From: Amoebophrya sp. A120
Taxonomy: Eukaryota > Protista > Dinoflagellata
Assembly: GCA_905178155.1 (NCBI GenBank)
Contig: CAJINV010000015.1
Coordinates: forward strand, 1,299,495 to 1,363,494
Reading direction: 5' to 3'
Length of the DNA stretch: 64,000 bases
In this document: in pieces, positions 50,697-60,390 of the stretch
Layout: each line of letters opens with the position of its first letter
How positions within the stretch are numbered: position 1 is the first letter of the stretch
Translations under genes and position numbers: made by a program
The notes under the pieces: model-generated
What the model saw: only the letters and a program-made list of their open reading frames with translations
The model's database searches: none
Told to the model about the DNA's origin: nothing

Positions 50697-52007
50697 TCAC
50701 ACCGCGGCAGCCTCAGCCACCGGCTTGCACCACGACTCGTACTCAATGTCCTTGAGCTTGTCGCTAAACGCGGACTGCAAGTTCTTCCACTCGTTCGGGC
50801 TCATGTCGCCCGCCGCCGCGTGGCGAAACCTGCACTCGCTACCGAACTTGCACGAACCCTTGTTCTTGAGAAAGTCGTGGCACCACTTGGCGTTGCCCTT
50901 CTTGCCTTTTTTGCCGTTTTTACCCTTACCTGAAGGAATCGTTACACATGCATGACTACCGTTTCAACTTCATGTCTGAACATATGCATGAAAAACAACT
51001 GCAAAGACTGTCTCATGACACCACATTGATACCTACCTTTGTTGTTTTTTCCACCACTCTGATAGGGCCCATACGAGTCCCTGAGGTTGGACATTTCTTC
51101 CCGCATAGCGGCACGCTCCTCTGCGATCAAAGAGCGGGCTTCGGCCGTAGCCTCCGCCGACGCCTCACGCAGGTTCTTCAAACGCTGTAATTCTTCACCC
51201 CAGACCTTGTTGAAACGATTTTCGGCAAAAAAGGTTCTCATACGGCCTTCGAAGGTAGTGCCGGGCTGGGAACTGTCGGGGGTCCACTGCTCCGTCTTGT
51301 AGACGATGGTCCCCAACGCCCTGATGGCGGTCTCCTCGGAGATCGTGGTCTTGGCCAACATGAGCTGACTGATGATCTGGCTACGCCTGTCGACCGTAAT
51401 CAAGGGGTCGCGGTCCCTATGGACCTTGGCCGCCATGGCCGCCAGCAACGCGTTGACCGAGAAAGGGAGGTCCTTGTTGACCTTGGCGGTACCATCCTCC
51501 TGAGTCAGCAGCTTCTTGAGCTCCTTCATCGTTTTACCTGATAATGAACGATTTGCCCAATTGCATTTCCATGATTGCCACATGTTTTTACACTTGCGCA
51601 AATAACTTTGCATACCAATTATGCATGCACAACAAATGATCTATACCACTTTCCCACAACGCACGGGCGTTGATGACCTTGGCACACTTGGTGAAGTCGG
51701 CCTGGGTGGGCCGTAACTCGGGGACGTCGAGCGACAAGTTCTGGAAACTCTGCTCGATCTGATTGTCTTGTCCGACAATGAAGTCGGTCAACTCCCTGTT
51801 GGCAGCACCCGCTGTGATGTGATTTTTTCCATATCGGAAAACGCAACATGCATGTCACATGGACTTCTCATCAGCTCTTACTCATTTTGAAAGAAACATA
51901 CTACACGCATGCATCATGGCTGCATGAACTCAAACAACAAAGAAAACTATCATACCCTGGGCAACCGCAGCCGCCTGCTGCTGTTGGTTAACGTTGACAT
52001 TGGCCAT
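50697..52007 (-). CDS. Gag-like protein with C-terminal CCCH zinc finger; 4 exons (GT-AG introns 51812-51955, 51538-51646, 50930-51036)
   Basis: Splicing three phase-1 GT-AG introns gives one ORF MANVNVNQQQQ...LWESGKTM...GKGKNGKKGKK...CHDFLKNKGSCKFGSECRFRH; homologous to 58159-59667. Confidence 0.8.
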
Positions 52008-52328
52008 TTTTTTTTACGAAGTGCTAAAAGCTACTTCAACAGAGTTTTGATATCCTCAGAGGTGTAAACGGACTTTTCCTACGGGTGTGCGTTTTTTTTT
52101 TTAATTGAAGCTCAACTGTAACGCAACGAAAACCAATGACGCACTGTGACTTGAAATCGTGGCACTTTGATCCTCGGCGGAACCTTTACTGTGCATTTTG
52201 CTGAACACGCGGGTGACAGGTGTGGAGACTTTCTTGGCGCAAGCTGTGCATTCCTATTTTTCTATGCTCTTCACATGCTCTTAAACAAAAAGCCAGCATC
52301 TTCATGCACTTCATCATTTTGCGTAACC

Positions 52329-53879
52329 TTAAATGCCGCAGAAGTTCAGAGGGACAAACATGTTCCGACTCACATACGGGATAGATCTTATGTAATACAT
52401 CAGCATTTGCATGTTAGCCCAGCACACTATCACGCTTCACACTTGCGCTGCTAGCTTCACATATCTGCACTCTTATTTTTCCATTTTTCCATCACAATCT
52501 CCACACAAAAGCCTCAAGCTGGCATCGCAAGAGCTGCACATCATAGGGCAATGCACGATGACACGAACTGGATCGATCTTCATCAGGTACAGATGCGTAG
52601 CACTTCCTATCCTCCAACTATGGCTTGCGGCATCTTTTTCATGCGGAAACGTGCGCTTCATTATCTTAGCAATGTCCAAGTCTTCTCTGCACAGATGTGG
52701 CAACACACTTTTGAACTTGCAAACACAGAACTCTGGCGGGTACTTGATGCGCTTCAACTGCTCACAAATGCAAGTGACCCTTACCATGGCGCACTTGTTA
52801 ACTTTGGTAGAGGCTTCCTGAAAGTTTAGTAACAAGTCTCCATTAACATCATATCGTAAAGAGATGAGACCTGTGTCGCCTGTGTTCTTCACGTCCAGCA
52901 AAAAGGCTTCGCTTTTCCTCAATGCTGCATAAAAAGCCAAGAGCAGAGCCACCGCCTCTTGATACAACAATTTACTGCACACCCACATCTGGTAGATATG
53001 CATTATCGTCATGGGAGACTTCTGCTTTTTCCTGCCTAGAAAGCCTCTACGAACCAGTGTAGAGAGTTCCTTCATCACGTTTTCTTTTTCTGTACCGGAT
53101 AACCTGCAGCGCTCGTCCGCCAAAACATCCTTCACAGCCGGCTGTATGCTTGCATACCCGGCGGCCATACTCGTCCCCACAAACGCCCGCACTGATGGAT
53201 ACGACCACAGGTGGTACGGGAGATTCTGCGCCACTTTTTCATACCGTCTAATCCGTGAAGCACGATTGTCATCGGCTTTTTTTGTGGAGGACATCTGGTC
53301 CAACTCCGACATCGCCGACTGTAGTAACATGGGGTCCTTGGCGATATCCAACGCCAGAGCCAGCTTGCTCTGCGCTGTCCGCCCCTCCGCCTCCGTACGG
53401 GCGTTGAACACTGCGTCGATACTGGCTTGCGCCGTCACCATCTGCTTGACGAACACGTCCTTGGGGACGTCGAGCACGTTGCTACGCTGAAACGGATCAT
53501 CTTTCCGTCTACACCTGATGCTGTCGAGCACTGGCTCCCCGTTTTTGTACTGTATGCTGAGCCGTAACTGGGAAAGCGTGTTGCTCATCTGCACTGCCTG
53601 TGCCTGGTTCAAAATCATCACTCCCTTACTGGTGGGCGTCGGTACTCGTTCTTGCAACTGCTCGCGCGTGAACGTACTGGCAGGAAGCTCTCCTGCACTC
53701 GCAAGTAGCTGCGCTGGCAACCTGGTGCCGCTAGCTGCACAGTCTCGTATGGCTTTCGCTGCCACCCTTTCTCCGAAGGCTTTTTTCATGCTATCGACCG
53801 ACCGTAGGTTGTCTGCTGCCTGCGCTTCCAACTCTGCCTTCATCGAGGCATCGAAATCATCTTCACTTTCTGACAACAT
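52329..53879 (-). CDS. Tyrosine recombinase of element 1, with one non-canonical intron (~52424-52546)
   Basis: FYAALRKSE and SHSWRIG. Removing the TAT...ATA insert rebuilds VHCRWANMQMLMYYIRS, matching element 2 VHCRWANLQMLLYYIRS. Confidence 0.88.
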
Positions 53880-53905
53880 GGCGTGGGTGGGTGGGCAAGA
53901 AAAAG

Positions 53906-54261
53906 CCACCAGCTACGCGAGCTGGAGTTCTTCGAGGTCCTGCTACCCTTGAGCTATATCTATTTGTATGTATACAGGCGCGTGACGCGCAAATACCGCT
54001 CGCGTTCAGCGCTCGTACTGGACTACACTCAGATGCACCGGCATGGTCCTGCCGAAATAAAGGCGGCGGGCTCGTCCCTTGCCGCTCTACTTTATTTCTT
54101 GCGTGTCTAGCTTGGTGTACATTTACATTGATGTGATGACACGAATGTGGACTACTGGCCACGCGAGAAACGATCGTCGAGCCCGCCGACGGGATACCAG
54201 CTTCGCAACGCAGACCGGAAGGCGTTTCGCACGTCGAATCCAAACACCACGGGGGAGGGCC
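53906..54261. repeat. Element 1 internal A/B junction (circle-junction copy)
   Basis: A copy 53906-54090 abuts B copy 54090-54261. Confidence 0.9.
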
Positions 54262-54905
54262 TTTCGCCACCTACGCTCGACCACGAGGAGAGGGCGCCGA
54301 CTGAGGCGCATCTGGAACTCCCCCACCCCGCTCGACGACGCGAGCGTCTCGAAGACCTACAGCGACGCATGCTGGTGCCGCGTTTTGACATCCTACTACT
54401 CGCTCATCGTGAGCTGCACACAACACTGGCTGCGGCGCCTTAGCAAGCATATCTGATGCCCGCTTTCGACAACAACAGGCACGCAGCACTGCCTCTCGAC
54501 GAGTCGATAAGCAGCGCCACGCGCGCAACCTGGTGCTAACAGCGAAGCAAGCTTCACCGTCAGAACCGTCACACGAGTGGGGGCGCACCACCGGAGAGGT
54601 GATCCTCGCCTGGGCGAGAAGCTACCGACTCCCCGAGGGCAGCGCTGACGCCATATGCTCTGCAGCCACTGCATCGGCCTGCATCCACCTAGGACGCTGC
54701 AACACGCATTCGCACCTGTGCACACTTCGCACTAAACCGCACTTCTCTACCTGGCTACCTGCCTGCGCACTGTGCTGCCACACTTGTGGACCAGCCTCAG
54801 CCACAACCTAGCCTCCGTCAGCTGTGCTACCATGGAGCGACACCGGAGACTAGCGCCTGCAGTGGGCACGGACGGTGAGACCGCGAAACCAAGAAAAAAA
54901 AAAAA

Positions 54906-55090
54906 CCACCAGCTACGCGAGCTGGAGTTCTTCGAGGTCCTGCTACCCTTGAGCTATATCTATTTGTATGCATACAGGCGCGCGGCGCGCAAATACCGCC
55001 CGCGTTCAGCGCTCGCACTGGACTACACTCAGACGCACCGGCATGGTCCTGCCGAAATAAAGGCGGCGGGCTCGTCCCTCGCCGCTCTAC
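54906..55090. repeat. Element 1 terminal repeat A
   Basis: 185 bp, near-identical to 53906-54090 (offset exactly 1000). Confidence 0.9.
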
Positions 55091-55270
55091 ACGTGTAAAA
55101 TTTTTGCAAGTTTTTAAAATTTTAAAAAATGCAGAGTTTTACTGTAAATCAGTCGGATCTGCCTTAGCGGATCAAGAGTCTAAGTGAAGCCATTCAGTTT
55201 CTGCGGAAAGTCGCAAGCTTTTATATGATTTTGGAGGTTTGGCACAATTCTAGCAAGATTGCCTTTTTCA

Positions 55271-55434
55271 AATACAGCGGCGAGGGACGAGCCCGCAGCT
55301 TCTTTTGTCGCTTTCAAGTGACACCGATGCCATCGCAGATGCGTTAGAAGTCGTGCGCGCACGCGCGCTATAGTTTTGTAGTAGCTACGGGTAGCTGGGC
55401 CTCCGAGCTTGCGCCTCGTTGGCGTATTTTCTTT
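55271..55434. repeat. Element 2 terminal repeat A
   Basis: 164 bp, near-identical to 56312-56475. Confidence 0.9.
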
Positions 55435-56146
55435 GGCCTCACGGAATTCACCATCCGTGCCCACAGCAGGTGCCGCGTCTTCCAGTAGTAGGAAGGCGCG
55501 GTGGCAGTGTTTTGCCGCGTGGCAAACTGCCGTCGTCCTGTGTCTTGCACGTGAGTGCAAGCAGGCGCGCGTCCTGTGTCTTGTCGCGTAGGCAAGCAGG
55601 CTGCTCACGGTGCTCGTGTGAGCCGTTGTCGATTGTGCTGCACGCAGATGCAAATGTAGGTGCCCAGTCAGGGTGGTGCAGGTTAGCATAGCCGCTGTAG
55701 GCATGCGCCTGCACATGCGTGTGTCTAGTTGCCCAGGCCGTGTGAGAGCCGGGAGTGGTGTGCCAGTAGAGCACCGTGCTGGCTGCCAGTCGGCGTCTGC
55801 GCTGCTGTTCGGCGGGCCGGTCGTTCTCTACTCCGGTAGGGATCACCCCGTTGGCAGTGCGCACCGTGCGGCTGCGTTTGTCTCCAGGCGCTGTTTCTCT
55901 CACGAGGAACAGCGCCTCGAGGCGCTGTTGGACAGGCTCGCCTGCACAGCAGCGCTTCGCGTCGATACATGTCCACAGGACGAAGTTCCTGGACGCCGGC
56001 AGTCTGCGAAGGTCATTGTGGTACGGCAAAGCAATGCCGCCGTAAGTCGTGCGTTCCTCGGGTGCCCTCGACGTCGAGCGCCAGTGGGAGGTCTTTGTAT
56101 GTGCCTCGGTCGGCGCCCTCTCCTGTCGAGAGCGGTGTTGGCAAAA

Positions 56147-56475
56147 GGGGCCTCCCGGTTTCGTATCGAGCGTGCGCTCGATCCAGGCGTCAGCAGCTCG
56201 TTGTCTCTGCGCAGCGTCCGCGCAGGCGCTCGTCGAGTTCGTGGGACCAGACGGTAGCTGTACACCAGTGCACCAAAGTGTAAGAGAGTAAAAGAAGAAA
56301 GACGAGAAAAGAATACAGCGGCGAGGGACGAGCCCGCAGCTTCTTTTGTCGCTTTCAAGTGACACCGATGTCATCACAGATGCGTTAGAAGTCGTGCGCG
56401 CACACGCGCTATAGTTTTGTAGTAGCTACGGGTAGCTGGGCCTCGGAACTTACGCCTCGTTGGCGTATTTTCTTT
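56147..56475. repeat. Element 2 internal B/A junction
   Basis: B copy 56147-56313 abuts A copy 56312-56475. Confidence 0.9.
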
Positions 56476-56498
56476 TCCCACCCGCCCACGCCAAGAAA

Positions 56499-57929
56499 AT
56501 GGTCGACTCAGGCTCGGAAGATGACTTCTGGCAGGAGCTCAAAGGTGAAATGAAAGAGCAAGCCGAGGAAAACTGCAGTACGTACGAGAATATGCAGAGG
56601 GCTTTTGGTGCCAAAGTAGCGGAAAAAGCCGCGCGGCAGTGTGCAGAAGCCGGTGTAAAGTTGCCGAATTCGCTGTTGCGGGAGTCAAAGTCACTTCCGG
56701 CGAATCTGTTCACGCATGAACAAGTCAGCGAGCCGTGTGTACCGTGTGAAGCTCGTGGTGTACTGCAAGGAACGCAGGCGCAGATGTTACGGCTGGTTGC
56801 CAACGTGTCGCGGTTGAAGATTGTGCAGAGAACGCACCCGGACGGCAAAGTGGAGCTGCAGTGCTTTAGGAAGCACGACAACCCGTTCGCGAGGTCGGAC
56901 AGCACGGACGTGTCCAAGGAGTTGTGTACGGCAAGATTAGTGGAGGGACAAAGCACGCTGGATGCAGTCTTTGCGGCTAGAACGGAGCAGGAAAAAAGTA
57001 GTGCGCGGAGCAAACTGCAGATGGCGCTGGACATCGCGCGCGACCCGCATCTGTTGCAGGAAGCGCTGTTGGACTACGAGGACAAAACCTCCACGGAAAA
57101 AGCCGACGCCAACAGGCAGTCCAGGATTAGTCGCTACATCAAGATCGCGGAGTATCTTCCCAAAAATTGCAAACCTTGGACTTTCCCAAGTGTTAGAATG
57201 TTTATAGGAGCCAGCCTAGCGGCTGGCTACCTGAGTATTAAGCCCGCTGGTGTTGATGTACTGAATCATCCGAGTTGCGTGTTGTCTGACGCAGAAAAAG
57301 ACACAATTCACAGAGAACTTGCATCACTAGCACGCAGAGGATTTTTGGGAAGAAAGCGACAGAAATCACCGTTAACCATCGCGCATATTCTCACCTACTG
57401 GAAGTTGCAGAAGCTATCGCACAAGCAAGTAGTTGTGTTACTACTCTGCTTCTATGGAGCGTTACGCAAGTCAGAATGTGCAAAGTTAGATGTCAAATTT
57501 ACAGGTCAAAAAGGATTGATATCCATGAAATACAAAGAGAGCGATTTAGTTTTTAACTTCCAAGAAGCGAGCGCCAAAGTAAACACGTGCTCGCTCGTCA
57601 GAGTGCGTTGTGTGTGTGCAGAACTGCAGAAAATAAATTATCCAGAGTGGTTTTGTGTGTGCAGACTCAAAAGCATCATTCCGCAGCTGTGTGAAGATGA
57701 TTTAAATGTGGCAAAAGTCATGAAGTCCGTTTTTGAAAAAGAAGAGCATGTGGCTAGCCATTCATGGCGGATCGGGTGCGCCACACACCTGTACTTGGCA
57801 AAACTGGATCCAGTAAGATGCATTGTGCACTGCCGTTGGGCCAACTTACAAATGCTCCTCTATTATATTAGAAGTGCGCCACATGTATCGCGGTCTATGT
57901 TTGTGGACTTAATGTTTGCTGGTGTGTAG
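56499..57929 (+). CDS. Tyrosine recombinase of element 2
   Basis: FYGALRKSE (R), SAKVN (K), SHSWRIG (HxxR), HCRW and LLYYIR (catalytic Y); uninterrupted ORF. Confidence 0.92.
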   Translation: MVDSGSEDDFWQELKGEMKEQAEENCSTYENMQRAFGAKVAEKAARQCAEAGVKLPNSLLRESKSLPANLFTHEQVSEPCVPCEARGVLQGTQAQMLRLVANVSRLKIVQRTHPDGKVELQCFRKHDNPFARSDSTDVSKELCTARLVEGQSTLDAVFAARTEQEKSSARSKLQMALDIARDPHLLQEALLDYEDKTSTEKADANRQSRISRYIKIAEYLPKNCKPWTFPSVRMFIGASLAAGYLSIKPAGVDVLNHPSCVLSDAEKDTIHRELASLARRGFLGRKRQKSPLTIAHILTYWKLQKLSHKQVVVLLLCFYGALRKSECAKLDVKFTGQKGLISMKYKESDLVFNFQEASAKVNTCSLVRVRCVCAELQKINYPEWFCVCRLKSIIPQLCEDDLNVAKVMKSVFEKEEHVASHSWRIGCATHLYLAKLDPVRCIVHCRWANLQMLLYYIRSAPHVSRSMFVDLMFAGV

Positions 57930-58158
57930 TAGTGTAAAAGCACAGATGTAAAAGGAAAAAAACCAAATCGCCTGCAATGGCTGCTCCTCCATGTTATTTG
58001 TGTAGATGCGTGTGTTCAAAACTGTTACCGTCACGTTCAAACATGACTGATCCGAGATCAAGCTTTCATTGCGTGTAAAAATGTGAATCACTTCCAAAAA
58101 AACCCGTAGATTCGTCCTTTCCCTTTACTGAGTTTAGAAAAAGTTTTCGTCGTCGAAG

Positions 58159-59667
58159 ATGGCTGATGCAGGAGCAGCACCCGCGGCAGCTGCCGCCGCA
58201 GCGGCTGGTGCAGTTGGCTAAGTCCACACTTGCTCATGCGCACTCACATGCACATTACGTCCAAGGTTGAAATCTGTGTCAAATGCATGTGAATTTCTGT
58301 CCAAAAATCACTACGCAGGTGTTGCCGCAGCCGGCGCGATGCCGGCTGCGGAGGGACGGCGCCTGGTCGATTTTATCGCCGGGCAAGATGAGCAGGTCGC
58401 CACCAGTCTGCAGAACATTGTCCCGCCGATGCCGGAGTTACGGCCCGCCAAAGAGCCCTTCAAGAAAGCGGCGCAGTCGTGCAACGAGCGTAACTTGTGG
58501 GAGAAAGGTGCGTGTTGGTTTTCCGTTGCAAAAATGTGTGTGCAATGAAGTGATGATATGCATTTCCCATGCATAACTGCATCTACAACTCGTATAAAAC
58601 ACGATAAAAATGCACACGTCAGGTCATGTTCTGAAGACCGGGAAAGCCGTCGGTGGCGATGAGCCAGCCAAGTTGCCGCTCTCCGTGCCGAGCCTCCTCT
58701 TCGCCATGGCGGCCAAGTGTCATCGTGACCGTGAACCCATCCTGACTACCGCAAGAAGAGACTCCATGTTAAGCAGTTACATGTTGTGCAAGACGTCCCT
58801 GTCCGCTGAGGCAGCGGACAAAGTGTTCGGTGCCATTTTGGCTAAGACCGAAACCATCACCAGTGATGAAACCCAAGCGGGCACGACCTACGAGGGTCGC
58901 ATGCGTCTCTACTTCGCGGAAGCCAGGTTTGCCAGGATGTGGCAGGAGGAGGTCGGTAAGCAGCGCGGCATCATCGAGCAGACCCATGAAGTCACTGCCG
59001 CGGCCAAGAAGGACATCGGTGAGGCGATGAAAAAGGTGAACGATGCGCAGGAGCAGCTGAACAAGCAGCAGCAGCAGCAGCAGCAGCAGAGCAGCTGGCA
59101 TGGTCAGCCCTACGGAAAACAGTCCAAGGGCGGAGGAAAGAAAGGTAGGTATTGTATGTGCAGATATGACTGTTACAAAAGCATTTGTGTTGTATTTGAA
59201 GTGGCATAGATGATGATCGATTCAGGCGCTAGTGCGGCATGTTCTCCCCGGCACGCGCTCTTTATGTAACTGACCTAGTGGCCTTCCCAGCCGTGGAGAC
59301 GTTGCAAATTTGTTTCTCTTCTTGCTGACATTTGCCACATGTAAATCTGATTTCCGTCAGGAAGTTCACATTGATGTCGCGACACAAATGCGCATAGAAT
59401 TGGAATATCATTGCTCTATCAGGTAAAAAGGGCAAGGGCAAGAACACGACAAGTCCGTTGTGCTTCGAGTTCATGACCAACAAAGGTGCGTGCAGTTGGG
59501 GAAGCGAGTGCGCCTACCGCCACCCCAAGAAGAACGAGATCTCCACCGATGAGTGCAACAAGTTGAAAGAAGGAAAGCAGGGGTGGAAGTTCAAAAATGT
59601 AGCCTATGAGTCATGGTGCCCGGAAGTCCCGGCTGCGGCTCCGGCCACTCCGGCGGCTACGGCGTAG
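58159..59667 (+). CDS. Gag-like CCCH zinc-finger protein of element 2; 4 exons (introns ~58208 or 58217-58318, 58508-58622, 59145-59422)
   Basis: Spliced ORF MADAGAAP...LVDFIAGQD...LWEKGHVLK...GKKGKKGKGK...CFEFMTNKGACSWGSECAYRH; the donor of intron 1 is ambiguous (GT or GC). Confidence 0.8.
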
Positions 59668-60390
59668 ATGCTGCGTCGACTGTCGTGTTATGTTTTTTTT
59701 GTGAGCGCACAGCAGTCTTCACCACTGTTTGCAAAACGAAAAATGTCCATGTCGCTGTTAAATAATTTTGAGAATAAATGAAAAAATTAGAAATTCAATA
59801 TCTTGGTGGAGGCTGCTGTGCGTATCGTTCAACATTTGTTTCGATTTTTTACCTTGCAACAAGGTTCGCTTCACACATGCACTCACGTTTACACATTGGA
59901 CAGTAATTTTTCAAGATTGATGATTGTGGAACCTAGCTCAACAGAATGAGCCTCATGAATGTGAGTTGACATGAAGTCGATTTTGAACACGAGTTTCATC
60001 TTCAAATTCACCGTGGTTAGCATCGCGTCGAGCCAGTAGCCATTTGGCACTTTCCAGTCTGCATTGCGTGTTCGAAACCTGTAGAAAGCTGCGCGGCATT
60101 GTCGTATGTCGTGAATGCAGAGAAAATCTACATTCTGTCGGTGCTAGTCGGTCTGAAATACGCGCAAATGCAGCATTAGCAGTGCAAAGAGTCTTTCAGC
60201 AATGTCGTGACATAGCTTCGCACAAGGTCGGTGTGTGCAAAAGTGCAGTACAAATTGGCAAGTCAGCGATCGGTATATCTGGGGCAAATGCAAATCGCAA
60301 ATGTAACACATGCAAAGCGGCCATCTTATGTTCTCATTGTAAGTTACCACACGTGATTACTTGTCTCCGCTGCATAGATGTAGTGTTAAG

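Larger units (their letters stand above)
47072..55090 (-). mobile_element. Tyrosine-recombinase retrotransposon 1 (DIRS order, split direct repeats), full length
   Basis: YR, gag-like and RT/RNase H genes; repeat A 54906-55090 = 53906-54090; repeat B 47072-47243 = 54090-54261; no TSD seen. Confidence 0.9.

Noticed and set aside
52473-53909. Element 1 recombinase as truncated and lacking the catalytic Tyr
   Set aside because: The missing WANMQMLMYYIRS segment lies in frame just beyond a 123-nt insert.
55448-56377. 309-aa antisense ORF in the element 2 spacer
   Set aside because: It runs through repeats A and B, has no motif, and element 1 has no colinear ORF beyond one 8-codon island.
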